Below are positions 8,951-18,243 of a DNA stretch of 64,000 bases, in pieces. Below the pieces are notes generated by a model. It searched no databases. It saw only the letters and a list, made by a program, of their open reading frames with translations, and was not told where the DNA came from. The stretch is from Nitrospirota bacterium (GTDB lineage Bacteria > Nitrospirota > UBA9217). The position numbers and the translations under genes were made by a program. The DNA lies in NCBI GenBank assembly GCA_963796285.1, contig CAWCKW010000012.1, positions 960,001 through 1,024,000 of the forward strand, given 5' to 3'. The number at the start of each line of letters is the position of its first letter. Position 1 is the stretch's first letter.

Positions 8951-10205
8951 ATTTCCTAATCTGTCCATTCCCATACACGATGAACTTGGTGGAGGTAAGT
9001 TCTTCCAGTCCCATGGGGCCGCGCGCATGGATCCTTGTGGTGGAAATTCCGATCTCCGCCCCCAGACCGAACTCAAATCCGTCATTCAGCCGCGTGGACG
9101 CGTTCACGAACACCGCTGATGCGTCAACCTCGCGCTGGAACCGGTGGGCGTTCCGGTAATCGTTCGTTACAATGGCCTCGGAATGCTGGGAGCCGTGGGC
9201 CGCAATATGCTCCATGGCCTCTTCCATGCTTCCGACGGTCTTCACGTTCACGATAAGATCGTTGTACTCCGTGTCCCAGTCCTTGTCCGTCGCTTCTTTG
9301 ATGTCGGGAACGATAGCCCTGGTCTTTGCGCAGCCGCGTATCTCGACGCCGGCCTTCTTCATTCTGGTGAGGATCGCGGGCAGGAACGTCCTTGCCACGT
9401 CCTGGTGCACCAGCATGGCCTCCATGGCATTGCACGTGCCCGGCCGCTGGACCTTGGCGTTGAAGCAGATCTCCTCCGCCATCGCGAGGTCGGCCTTGCT
9501 GTCCACATATACATGGCAGACTCCCTTGTCGTGCTTGATCACCGGGATGGTAGAGTTCTCCGACACCATCCGGATCAGCCCTTCCCCTCCGCGCGGGATG
9601 ATGAGGTCGATAATACCGTTCAGTTTCAGCATCTCCATGACGCAGGCCCGGTCGGGGTTCTCGATGAACGACACCGCTCCTTCGGGGATGCCTGCCTCTG
9701 CTCCAGCCCGTGCGAGCACTTCAACGATGGCGGTATTGGAATAAACTGCCTCTGAACCGCCGCGAAGAATTACGCCGTTGCCGGATTTCAGGCAGAGTGC
9801 TGCGGTGTCCGCTGTCACATTCGGCCGCGATTCGTAGATAATGCCGATGAGCCCGATGGGCACACGCATCTTGCCTACTTCCATGCCGTTCGGCCTTCTC
9901 CGTATGCCAAGCACCTCGCCGACCGGATCGGGAAGCGCCGCGACCTCGCGCAGACCGTTAGCCATGCCCTGAATGCGCTCATTGTTCAAGGTCAGTCGGT
10001 CGATCATGGCCTTTGACAGGCCCTTCTGTTCGGCGGCAACAAGGTCCTTCTTGTTCTCGGCGATCAATTTCGCCGATTCTTTCTCAAGCCCTGCCGCCAT
10101 TTTGAAGAGCGCGTTGTTCTTGATCTCTGTCGGGATGTTCGCCAGCTGCCGTGATGCGGCCTTGGCCTTTTTCGCCTTATCGGAAACGTATTGTTTGATG
10201 TCCAA
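8949..10205 (-). CDS. proA: Gamma-glutamyl phosphate reductase
   Basis: IYESRPNVT, LRGGSEA, PGTCNA, GAEIGIST, ARGPMGL. Confidence 0.97.
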   Translation of the reverse strand: MDIKQYVSDKAKKAKAASRQLANIPTEIKNNALFKMAAGLEKESAKLIAENKKDLVAAEQKGLSKAMIDRLTLNNERIQGMANGLREVAALPDPVGEVLGIRRRPNGMEVGKMRVPIGLIGIIYESRPNVTADTAALCLKSGNGVILRGGSEAVYSNTAIVEVLARAGAEAGIPEGAVSFIENPDRACVMEMLKLNGIIDLIIPRGGEGLIRMVSENSTIPVIKHDKGVCHVYVDSKADLAMAEEICFNAKVQRPGTCNAMEAMLVHQDVARTFLPAILTRMKKAGVEIRGCAKTRAIVPDIKEATDKDWDTEYNDLIVNVKTVGSMEEAMEHIAAHGSQHSEAIVTNDYRNAHRFQREVDASAVFVNASTRLNDGFEFGLGAEIGISTTRIHARGPMGLEELTSTKFIVYGNGQIRK

Positions 10206-10232
10206 CGATACCTCCTGCCAATAACCTGTGGA

Positions 10233-10743
10233 TTATTTTAACAGCTTCACGACACTTGCCATCAACTCGCGTTTATCTATGATCTCGCCAAAAATAATAT
10301 CTTTCACCCTGCCGTCGGCCCCGATAAAGAACGTCGTGGGGAGGAACCTGACCTGATATTTGTCGCCGGCCTTGCCGTAGCGGTCCATCAATACAACGGG
10401 TTTATCCACCTTTAATTGCGCAAGGAAGGCGCCAATGGTTTCGACATCCTCTTTAACGTCCACGATCACAACCTTGATGCCTTTGCCGGTCAGCTCATCG
10501 ACAAGCGAATTGACCAGCGGCAGTTCGTTTCTGCACCCTGTACACCAGGAGGCGAAAAAGCTCAGGATGACGCCATTCCCTTTCTCTTTTTTTGTTGCGC
10601 CCGCATGGTCGCTCAGATTAAATTCTTTACCATCAAGGTCACGTAGGGAAAAGGCTGGGGCCGTGTCATCCAGTTTGAGCGCGGCAGCAGCGGAGGATGC
10701 GAACAATAAAGAAAGGAGCAGCGTGAGGATGGTACTTGTTCAT
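10233..10743 (-). CDS. TlpA/ResA-like thiol-disulfide oxidoreductase (probable indel right after the ATG)
   Basis: FFASWCTGC and LPTTFFI; the signal peptide reads in frame up to an out-of-frame ATG at 10743. Confidence 0.8.
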
Positions 10744-10760
10744 TTTAATTTCCTTGTGCG

Positions 10761-11903
10761 CTACAATATTACCAGATCATCCCGATGGATCACTTCGTCA
10801 TAATCCTTATGCCCGAGCACAGACTCTATTTGTGAGGTCTTAAGCCCTTTGATGCGGTCCAGATCAGCCGAAGAATACTTGACCAGACCCCTTGCAAATG
10901 CATTTCCAGAGCGATCAATACAGGTCACGCAATCACCGATTTTGAAGCTCCCCTCCACCCTTTCGATACCGCCGGGCAGCAGGCTTTTCCCCTTGTTCAT
11001 CAGTGCTTCAAGAGCGCCATCATCTACCATGACCCTGCCATTGGAGCAGACCGTGTACGCGATCCAGTGTTTCCGGCTGTCCTGTTTCTCCGGCTTTGGC
11101 AGAAAGAGCGTGCCGACCGCCGCGCCTTCGAACAATGTCTGAAGCACGCCGTTCTTCTTCCCGTTCAGGATCACCATGGGCGCGCCAAAGACGCCGACCT
11201 TTTTCGCAGTCATGAGCTTGGAACGCATGCCGCCCGTTCCCAGGGACGTATGGGCATCGCCCGCGGAGCGCTCCATCTCGGCAGTGATCTTTTCAACAAA
11301 CGGGATCAGTTCCGCGGACGAGTCGATCTTGGGGTCGGCAGTGTAGAGGCCGTCAATGTCCGACAGAATAATCAGCAGGTCCGCATCGGTGAGATGCACG
11401 ACCATGCTGGAAAGATTGTCATTGTCACCGAACTTGATCTCATCCACTGAGACCGTATCGTTCTCGTTGATGATAGGGATGACACCGTAACCTAAAAGCG
11501 TCTGGAGCGTGTTCCGGGCATTGAGAAATCTTGTCCGGTTCGAGAGGTCTTCACGCGTGAGCAGCACCTGCGCGACCTTTTTCCCGTGCATGCCGAAGGT
11601 CTTTTCATACATCCACATGAGGCCGGACTGGCCGATGGCAGCCGCTGCCTGCTTGAGTGAAAGCGGCATGCTCTTTGTTTTCTTCAGTCCCAGCTTCGCC
11701 AGGCCGGCCGCGATCGCGCCTGATGACACCAGGACCACTTCGCGTCCCTGCCCCATGATGGAGGAGATGTCCGACGCAAGCCGCTCGATGCGGTCCTGGT
11801 CGAGTCCCTGTTCGGACGAGGTCAGTACCGCGCTGCCGACCTTGATAACGATCCTGCGGGATTTGGAGAAGATGGTTTTTCTGTTGATTGGATTATTTTT
11901 CAT
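10761..11903 (-). CDS. proB: Glutamate 5-kinase
   Basis: VIKVGS, INENDTV, FGDND, GTGGM, PUA domain. Confidence 0.97.
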   Translation of the reverse strand: MKNNPINRKTIFSKSRRIVIKVGSAVLTSSEQGLDQDRIERLASDISSIMGQGREVVLVSSGAIAAGLAKLGLKKTKSMPLSLKQAAAAIGQSGLMWMYEKTFGMHGKKVAQVLLTREDLSNRTRFLNARNTLQTLLGYGVIPIINENDTVSVDEIKFGDNDNLSSMVVHLTDADLLIILSDIDGLYTADPKIDSSAELIPFVEKITAEMERSAGDAHTSLGTGGMRSKLMTAKKVGVFGAPMVILNGKKNGVLQTLFEGAAVGTLFLPKPEKQDSRKHWIAYTVCSNGRVMVDDGALEALMNKGKSLLPGGIERVEGSFKIGDCVTCIDRSGNAFARGLVKYSSADLDRIKGLKTSQIESVLGHKDYDEVIHRDDLVIL

Positions 11904-11914
11904 CTGTCTGCTAC

Positions 11915-13000
11915 CTACGCAGGCTGAAGCCTGCGGCTACCATCAAACTCCTGACTCCTGACTTGCCGTGCTTTCTGTCTTCTGACTTCCTCTGCTTCCC
12001 TCTCCTCTTCCACCCGGTCCGACAAAAATCTGAGAAGCGGCTCCAGCCCGGCACCGCTCACGGCCGAGATGGGAAAGAACGGATGTCCGTTCTCGCGGCA
12101 GTAGGCTGTCAGTGAATCCAGCATACCCTGATCAGCGGCGTCAATCTTGGTCGCTGCGACAGCCATGTACTTTTTCTTCAAGGCCTCGCTGTAGAGCTCT
12201 AGCTCGATATTGATCTTTTTGAAGTTCTCGACCGGGTCGCCGGGCACGATGCCGGACACGTCAACCAGGTGAAGGAGAATGGACGTCCGCTCTACATGAC
12301 GCAGGAACTCAAAACCCAGCCCCGCCCCCTTGTGCGCGTTCTCGATCAGACCGGGGATATCGGCGACAACGAAGCTCGTCCTGCCCTCGGGCTTCACCAC
12401 GCCGAGCACCGGGGAGAGCGTGGTGAACGGGTAATCCGCGATTTTGGGTTTGGCTGCCGAGATGCGCGATATGAGCGTGGACTTGCCCGCATTCGGAAAC
12501 CCCACGAGCCCGACATCGGCAAGGAGCTTGAGCTCAAGGAACAACCACTGTTCTTCCCCCTCTTCACCCGGCTGAGCGTGCCGGGGCGCCTGGTTCGTGG
12601 CTGTTTTGAAAAAGGTGTTCCCCTTGCCGCCCCTGCCGCCCTTGGCAATGATGTAGTACATGCCATCCGTGTCGAGATCAACGATCATGGCACGGGTCTC
12701 TGCATCGTTCACGATCGTACCCACGGGCACGCGGACAATGACATCTTCTGCATCGGCGCCGTACTGGTCCTTGCCGCGGCCGTGCTCGCCATCCTTGGCG
12801 CGATACTGCTGCTGGTACTTGAGGTCGATGAGCGTACCAAGCTGTTTGTCGGCCTTGATGATCACATCGCCGCCCTTGCCGCCGTTTCCCCCGTTCGGTC
12901 CGCCGCGCGGAACATAGGCCTCGCGCCGGAAACTCACGCAGCCCGGTCCACCGTGGCCCGCTATTACTTCGATCTTGACCCGATCAATAAAATTCGACAT
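11915..13000 (-). CDS. obgE: GTPase ObgE/CgtA
   Basis: FRRE...GGP.GG.GG, GFPNAGKST, YPFTT, DIPGLIE. Confidence 0.97.
   Translation of the reverse strand: MSNFIDRVKIEVIAGHGGPGCVSFRREAYVPRGGPNGGNGGKGGDVIIKADKQLGTLIDLKYQQQYRAKDGEHGRGKDQYGADAEDVIVRVPVGTIVNDAETRAMIVDLDTDGMYYIIAKGGRGGKGNTFFKTATNQAPRHAQPGEEGEEQWLFLELKLLADVGLVGFPNAGKSTLISRISAAKPKIADYPFTTLSPVLGVVKPEGRTSFVVADIPGLIENAHKGAGLGFEFLRHVERTSILLHLVDVSGIVPGDPVENFKKINIELELYSEALKKKYMAVAATKIDAADQGMLDSLTAYCRENGHPFFPISAVSGAGLEPLLRFLSDRVEEEREAEEVRRQKARQVRSQEFDGSRRLQPA
11917..11940 (-). repeat. GTAG-type REP palindrome
   Basis: Minus strand reads GTAGCCGCAGGCTTCAGCCTGCGT; a second copy with 3 mismatches lies at 32891-32914. Confidence 0.65.
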
Positions 13001-13271
13001 TCTCTTTTTTTAATCCCCCTTGCTCGCCTTCTCCGGACCTTAAAGGGAGATTTGAACAATGATTTCAATGAAATATACCGTTATAACGCCTAAAATGCAA
13101 GCCGGAACCGTCAACCCTTGGATATTCGTCAAGACGCGAATGTAGCGAAATAAACCATGTGGAACTTCAATTACAAGCAAAATAACCTTCTGTTTTTTAC
13201 GTCCATTGACTGCTCATCGCATTTACGGGGCAAATTTTCTGGCCGCAAGAAACGGATTTGATCCAGAACTA

Positions 13272-13311
13272 ACAAAATAAAAAATGGCGGCATAGACATC
13301 TATGCCGCCAT
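13272..13311 (-). terminator. Terminator of rplU-rpmA
   Basis: Perfect ATGGCGGCATAGA / TCTATGCCGCCAT stem with a T-rich tail on the minus strand. Confidence 0.85.
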
Positions 13312-13336
13312 CATAAAAATCCTTTGCGTGAGACGT

Positions 13337-13600
13337 TTACGCCTCTGCTGCTGCGTACACGCTCACCTGCTTGCGGGTCTTGTCATAGCGCTCGAACTTC
13401 ACCACGCCGTTGATCTTGGCAAAGAGCGTATCATCGCAGCCCTTGCCCACGTTCTGGCCCGGGTGAACCTTGGTCCCGCGCTGACGCATAATGATCGTTC
13501 CCGCGAGAACTGTTTCTCCGTCATACCTCTTTACACCGAGGTACTGCGGTTTGCTGTCTCTTCCGTTCCTTGAACTACCAACGCCTTTTTTATGAGCCAT
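13337..13600 (-). CDS. rpmA: 50S ribosomal protein L27
   Basis: [16 protein letters not shown]...RQRGTK. Confidence 0.98.
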   Translation of the reverse strand: MAHKKGVGSSRNGRDSKPQYLGVKRYDGETVLAGTIIMRQRGTKVHPGQNVGKGCDDTLFAKINGVVKFERYDKTRKQVSVYAAAEA

Positions 13601-13628
13601 GACTCAACCTCCGAAATATATTTATCGC

Positions 13629-13940
13629 TTATTGCGTAATTTCTTTTACCTTGATCGCCGTATAATTCTGACGATGACCGTTGGTCTTGCGGTAACCCTT
13701 GCGCCTCCGGTGCTTGAAAATGAGAAGCTTTTCGCCCCTGCCCTGCTCCACGACCTCGGCCGTGATCTTTGCGGATGCGAGCATGGGCTTGCCCACTGAT
13801 ATCGTATCTCCGTCGACGATCATGTACACATCCTTGATCTCGACCATATCGCCTTTTTGACCTTCAAGGCTCTCAACCCTGACGATATCGCCAGGAGCAA
13901 CCTTATACTGTTTTCCGCCGGTATTGATAACTGCGTACAT
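13629..13940 (-). CDS. rplU: 50S ribosomal protein L21
   Basis: MYAVINTGGKQYKV...GHRQ; GGAGG ribosome-binding site. Confidence 0.98.
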   Translation of the reverse strand: MYAVINTGGKQYKVAPGDIVRVESLEGQKGDMVEIKDVYMIVDGDTISVGKPMLASAKITAEVVEQGRGEKLLIFKHRRRKGYRKTNGHRQNYTAIKVKEITQ

Positions 13941-14122
13941 GCCACTTCCTCCTTGAACTAGCAGATTCACTCGTATCGAGAGCGCATAAAATACCACGTA
14001 ACTTATGGACTTGTCAAGGGAAATAACAGATTATTTTTGAAAAAAACCGCCCTTTGGGCTTGATTTGACATATACTTCAACCGCCTGCTACAATTTGGGG
14101 AGAAAGAAGGACCGATTTCTCC

Positions 14123-14977
14123 ATGGCATACTATGAATTCACCATCAAAATATCGGACACCTTCAAGGACACGCTCATCCAGAGGCTGTCTGAAAGCGGA
14201 TGTCTCGGCATGATAGAGAACGACGAGTCCCTCGTAGCCTATTTCCCGTCAGCCCTTGATGTCGAAACCATAAAATGCGACCTCTCGCTCCTCAAAACGC
14301 TGCTTGAAAAAGCGGGACACGCCCATGAACTGACCTACGATTACTCCATCATTCCCGAAAAGGACTGGAATGAAACATGGAAAAAAGGGTTCCAACCCGT
14401 TGATGCGGGCGAGCGGTTCACCATCCTTCCTCCCTGGGAAGAAAAAAGAAAGGACCGGACCAACCTGGTCATAGACCCCGGTATGGCCTTCGGCACCGGT
14501 CACCACGAGACCACGCGGTCCTGCCTTGTGCTCATGGAAAACTATGCGCCAAAGACCGCACGGGAGAGCTTGCTCGACCTCGGAACGGGTACAGGCATCC
14601 TTGCCATTGCCGCGAGGAAACTCGGATACCGCCATGTCATCGGAATTGATACGGACACCCTTGCCATTGATGCGGCACGGAACAACGTCATCATCAACCA
14701 GGTCCCGGACGTGGAGATCAAGGAAGGGAGCCTTTACGAACTTCAACAGACCTTCGAGGTCATCGCGGCGAACCTCATATCCGGGGTCCTGGTCCTGCTT
14801 GCACCGGCGCTGTTTGCACATATGCGTCCCGGCGGTATTGCTATACTCTCGGGCATCCTCTTCGGGCAGGAAGACGAAGTGATCAAGGCAATGGAACAGG
14901 CGGGCTTGACGTTGCGGGAACAATACCGCGACGGTAAATGGCTGTCACTTGTCATGGGACGAAATAACAACGTCTGA
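14123..14977 (+). CDS. prmA: Ribosomal protein L11 methyltransferase
   Basis: DPGMAFGTGHHETT and LDLGTGTGILAI. Confidence 0.93.
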   Translation: MAYYEFTIKISDTFKDTLIQRLSESGCLGMIENDESLVAYFPSALDVETIKCDLSLLKTLLEKAGHAHELTYDYSIIPEKDWNETWKKGFQPVDAGERFTILPPWEEKRKDRTNLVIDPGMAFGTGHHETTRSCLVLMENYAPKTARESLLDLGTGTGILAIAARKLGYRHVIGIDTDTLAIDAARNNVIINQVPDVEIKEGSLYELQQTFEVIAANLISGVLVLLAPALFAHMRPGGIAILSGILFGQEDEVIKAMEQAGLTLREQYRDGKWLSLVMGRNNNV

Positions 14978-15089
14978 ATTATATAATATTCCATTACTAA
15001 CCGTTCTGTTCGCAGTACCTCTTTTTATGCCGATCAACGCTGGCGGAATACAGTGTACAATCACAGCTCGTTTGATTATAATCACGGCC

Positions 15090-16022
15090 ATGAAAAACAT
15101 ATCGATACTCATATTCAGTTACCTACTCATATGCCTTCTCGGAATGTTCGCGTTTGTCCCCGCGCCGGTCTCTGCCACGCCGGACTACGCGCGCCAGACA
15201 GGGTTCGAATGCAAACAGTGCCACGTCGATGTCATCGGCGGCGGTACGCTTACCCAGCAGGGCAAGGAATTTCTTGCCGATATGAAGTCCAAGGGACTTT
15301 ACCGGCCCTTGAACACGACCCAGCGTATCGTACGTCTTATGATTGGCTACCTCCATATGATGGCGGCCATCATGTGGTTCGGAACGATCATGTACGTCCA
15401 TATCCTTTTGAAACCTGCCTATGCCTCGAAGGGCCTGCCCAAGGGCGAACTCAGGCTCGGCTGGCTCGCGATGATCGTGCTGCTGATAACCGGATCGCTC
15501 CTGACCATTGCAAGGATAGCGTCATGGGACATGTTCTTCACTACGCGGTTCGGCATCCTGCTGGGCATCAAGATATGCCTGTACCTGCTCATGCTTTCGA
15601 GCGCCCTTATCGTTACGATCTATATCGGACCAAAATTGAGAAAGCAGAAGACCCTCGTCCCCGCGATGGACGACACCGGTGCCTGCACCATCGACGGCCT
15701 CTGCCAGTTTGACGGGAAAGACGGGCATCCGGCCTACGCTGCATATAAAGGCATCATCTATGATATGACCAGGAGCAAGCTCTGGAAGAACGGCTCGCAC
15801 ATGATGAAACATGCCGCGGGGAACGATCTGACGGACATCCTGAAGACCGCTCCGCATGGTGAAGACAAGATCCTGGCCATGCCCCGGGTCGGCACGCTGC
15901 TGGCAACCTCGGAAAAACCCAAGCTGCCATTCCACATGAAGCTCTTCTATTTCTTTGCTTATATGAACCTCATTCTCGTGTTCGTCATCGTATTTGTCAT
16001 CGCGCTCTGGAGGTGGTGGTAA
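15090..16022 (+). CDS. Membrane protein with N-terminal CxxCH heme c motif, CopD-like TM bundle and cytochrome b5-like domain
   Basis: ATPDYARQTGFECKQCH; YLHMMAAIMWFG; FDGKDG.PAY.A..G..YD...S.LW..G.H...HAAG.DLT...APHG. Confidence 0.75.
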   Translation: MKNISILIFSYLLICLLGMFAFVPAPVSATPDYARQTGFECKQCHVDVIGGGTLTQQGKEFLADMKSKGLYRPLNTTQRIVRLMIGYLHMMAAIMWFGTIMYVHILLKPAYASKGLPKGELRLGWLAMIVLLITGSLLTIARIASWDMFFTTRFGILLGIKICLYLLMLSSALIVTIYIGPKLRKQKTLVPAMDDTGACTIDGLCQFDGKDGHPAYAAYKGIIYDMTRSKLWKNGSHMMKHAAGNDLTDILKTAPHGEDKILAMPRVGTLLATSEKPKLPFHMKLFYFFAYMNLILVFVIVFVIALWRWW

Positions 16023-16093
16023 AAACCCCTACCGCATCTCGCTCGAGATGCTTTCGGACAAGCCTGAACTAAAAGATCGAAGCTAAAAGGCGT

Positions 16094-16137
16094 CTCACGC
16101 AAAGCCGCCCTTTGCGCGCTTGGCGCCTTTGCGCGAT
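16094..16137. repeat. Short CTCACGCAAAG ... CTTTGCGCGA palindromic element
   Basis: tctcacgcaaagccgcc...gcgcctttgcgcga; a half copy cctttgcgtgaga lies at 13321-13333. Confidence 0.5.
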
Positions 16138-16179
16138 AACTTTTCTTCCGTTTTGCGTAGAATTTACCTGAGTATCCCG

Positions 16180-16222
16180 TATGACACAGGTCATAGCATC
16201 TTCATCGCAGCCATGCTATTGT
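16180..16222 (+). promoter_or_regulatory. Crp/Fnr-type palindrome TATGAC-ACAG-GTCATA plus -10 box (TATTGT)
   Basis: Perfect palindromic arms; 21 nt to a TG-extended -10; same geometry at 27367 and 33598. Confidence 0.65.
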
Positions 16223-16318
16223 AAGCTATAATAAGAGAAACGAATCTGTGAAATTGAAGGATTTATAGATAATGTTGAACCATGAACTGAGAATTTCAAA
16301 CGTACAACGGAGGATACC

Positions 16319-16633
16319 ATGGAAGTGCTCGACTTAAAGAAACTGATCCAGTTCAAACCCGACCGCATCTCACGCGAGATGCTTTCAGACAAGCCGGAGA
16401 TGCGCGTTGCCCTCATGTGCCTTGAAGCAGGCCAGAAGCTTGATCCCCATAAGGCGCCGCTTCGGCTCATGATGTATTGCGTGCAGGGCAAAGGGACCTT
16501 TACCGTAGGCGACGAGAAGATGGAGGCCGATGAGAAGACCTGCATCCTGTGCGAGCCCAACGTACAGCACGGCTTTGCCGCTGACAAAGGTGAAAAGCTC
16601 GTGGTCATGGCGATCGTTACGCCGGTGGAGTAA
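16319..16633 (+). CDS. Cupin-2 domain protein
   Basis: LEAGQKLDPH...CVQGKG.F.VG...P.VQHG; GGAGG ribosome-binding site. Confidence 0.85.
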   Translation: MEVLDLKKLIQFKPDRISREMLSDKPEMRVALMCLEAGQKLDPHKAPLRLMMYCVQGKGTFTVGDEKMEADEKTCILCEPNVQHGFAADKGEKLVVMAIVTPVE

Positions 16634-16697
16634 ACGCTCGGAATGCCTGGGATCGCCTGAAGATAAACGCGATACGAACATACGATGAGTCACAATG

Positions 16698-16733
16698 AAA
16701 AGGCCCCTGTTTTATACAGGGGCCTTTGTTTTT
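16698..16733. terminator. Bidirectional terminator
   Basis: AAAAGGCCCCTGT-tttat-ACAGGGGCCTTT between convergent genes. Confidence 0.85.
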
Positions 16734-16748
16734 CAACAGTTCTAGGAA

Positions 16749-17156
16749 CTAAATCTGTTTCATCTCTTTGCCGCAGCCGCATTTGCCCGGTTTGTCGGAA
16801 ATTGCGCCGCATTGGCAATCAGCCCCGCATGCGCAGACGTACTTGCCTTTCAAGCTGACCGTTTTCACCGGCTTGCCGCACCCGCATTTGCTCGGGTCGT
16901 CCTTGCTCCGCTCGCAGGTGCAATCCGCACCGCACCGGCAGAACACGGCCGTGTCCTTTTCAATAGCGAGAAGATGCATGGGGACCAACGCATTGCCGCA
17001 TTTGCACTTGCCGGGCTCCTTGGATATCGTGTCGCACTTGCAATCATCCTTGCAATTGCAGACATAATAGACCTTGCTCTTATCCGCTGCCACGACCAAG
17101 CCTATCGTGACAACAAGGAATACAACGACGAATACAGCGATAAATGCTCTCTTCAT
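16749..17156 (-). CDS. Exported cysteine-rich protein with three CxC-x3-CxC-x9-CxCG repeats (metallothionein-like)
   Basis: Signal peptide, 18 Cys all in CxC pairs, AAAGGAG ribosome-binding site, terminator. Confidence 0.8.
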   Translation of the reverse strand: MKRAFIAVFVVVFLVVTIGLVVAADKSKVYYVCNCKDDCKCDTISKEPGKCKCGNALVPMHLLAIEKDTAVFCRCGADCTCERSKDDPSKCGCGKPVKTVSLKGKYVCACGADCQCGAISDKPGKCGCGKEMKQI

Positions 17157-17301
17157 GGTGTCTCTCCTTTCAGATTATGGAATTTATATAAAAAAAGATA
17201 GCAAACGATTGGCATAAAGTCAAATCGCGCTTGCGGCCGTGTTTAGTGCATCTTTATGACACATTGTATGTATATCGGCGCATTGATATGAATAGGCAGG
17301 A

Positions 17302-17769
17302 CTTTTCTACACCGTTGCCCATGCCATCTTCAACTTTGTGGGCGCGGGCTTGTGGGGCCTGGTCCATACCCTTCCGCAAATGAACCAGTGGACCCACGGT
17401 ACCCAGATCACCGCGGCCCACGGCCACCTGGCTTTCTATGGCGCGTATGTGCTTCTGGTGATCGCCATGATCTATGTGACCCTGCCCGCTATCCGCGGCA
17501 TCAAGGAGTTTGATCCCGGCAGGGCGTACCTGGCGTTCTGGTGGATGACGATCTCGATGGTGTTCATCACCATGACCCTCACCGGCGCCGGCATGGTCCA
17601 GGTCTACATGGAACGTCTCATGGGTCTGGACTACGAGGCGGTGAAGGCGAGCTACAACATCTGGTTCTGGGTCTTCCGCGCGATCTTCGGCGTCGGGTTC
17701 CTTGTCGGGGTCGGCATCTTCGTGGTGGATTATTTCACGCTTAGGGAAAGGGCGGCGGTTAAGGCCTGA
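17302..17769 (+). pseudogene. norB: 5'-truncated nitric oxide reductase large subunit (C-terminal part only)
   Basis: FYTVAHAIFNFVGAGLWGLVHTLPQMNQWTHGTQITAAHGHLAFYGAY; in-frame TAG just upstream and no N-terminal part present. Confidence 0.8.
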
Positions 17770-17804
17770 CAAGAAAACAGGAATAGTTGAAGTTAATCTG
17801 ATAC

Positions 17805-17834
17805 GAGGACGGCAATCTGCCGTCCTCTTTTTTT
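17805..17834 (+). terminator. Terminator after the norB fragment
   Basis: GAGGACGGCA-atc-TGCCGTCCTC followed by a T run. Confidence 0.85.
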
Positions 17835-17836
17835 AT

Positions 17837-18040
17837 TTATACCATGACTGTACCGGGATAGCCGAATCCATTAAAAATCCAACGGGCTGGCAACTTCCTG
17901 TCCGGCGGCGGATACTTTACCCGGAAATCAAGGTAATACTTGAGCCATTTCCGATACTCGTCTTGCAACGAAGATGAAACTGCCTTCTGTGCCAAAACTA
18001 CGTTAAATTGCGTCAGAATATCTTCTGGAATGGGCTGCAT
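17837..18040 (-). pseudogene. intI: Integron integrase N-terminal stub
   Basis: MQPIPEDILTQF...YRKWLKYYLDF..KYPPPD resembles, from recall, the N-terminal extension of IntI in Desulfobacterota/Nitrospirota; divergent from attC-bearing cassettes. Confidence 0.6.
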
Positions 18041-18069
18041 GCAGTTCTCCTCAAATCAGAGAATACCGT

Positions 18070-18235
18070 TTTTGCATATTAGTCCCGATAATATAACTTG
18101 CCGTCATTTTGCATATTAGTCTTTTTGCGCAAGCATAGCGATTCCAAGAGGTTACGTCAAGTTTTTTCTTAAATTCATTGACCGGTTTGTCCTTTCTATG
18201 CTACTGTATCCCGAAAGACTAATTACTTGTTAAGG
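18070..18235 (+). mobile_element. Putative integron attI/Pc region
   Basis: Direct repeats TTTTGCATATTAGTC (about 18070 and 18107), TTGACC-18nt-TACTGT promoter, GACTAAT, then core GTTAAGG at 18229, 8 nt before the first cassette ATG. Confidence 0.55.
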
Positions 18236-18243
18236 TACAAAAG

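Noticed and set aside
15072-15085. FNR-like box TTGAT-TATA-ATCAC
   Set aside because: It is equally explained by the TATAAT -10 box and lacks the geometry of the three-copy motif.
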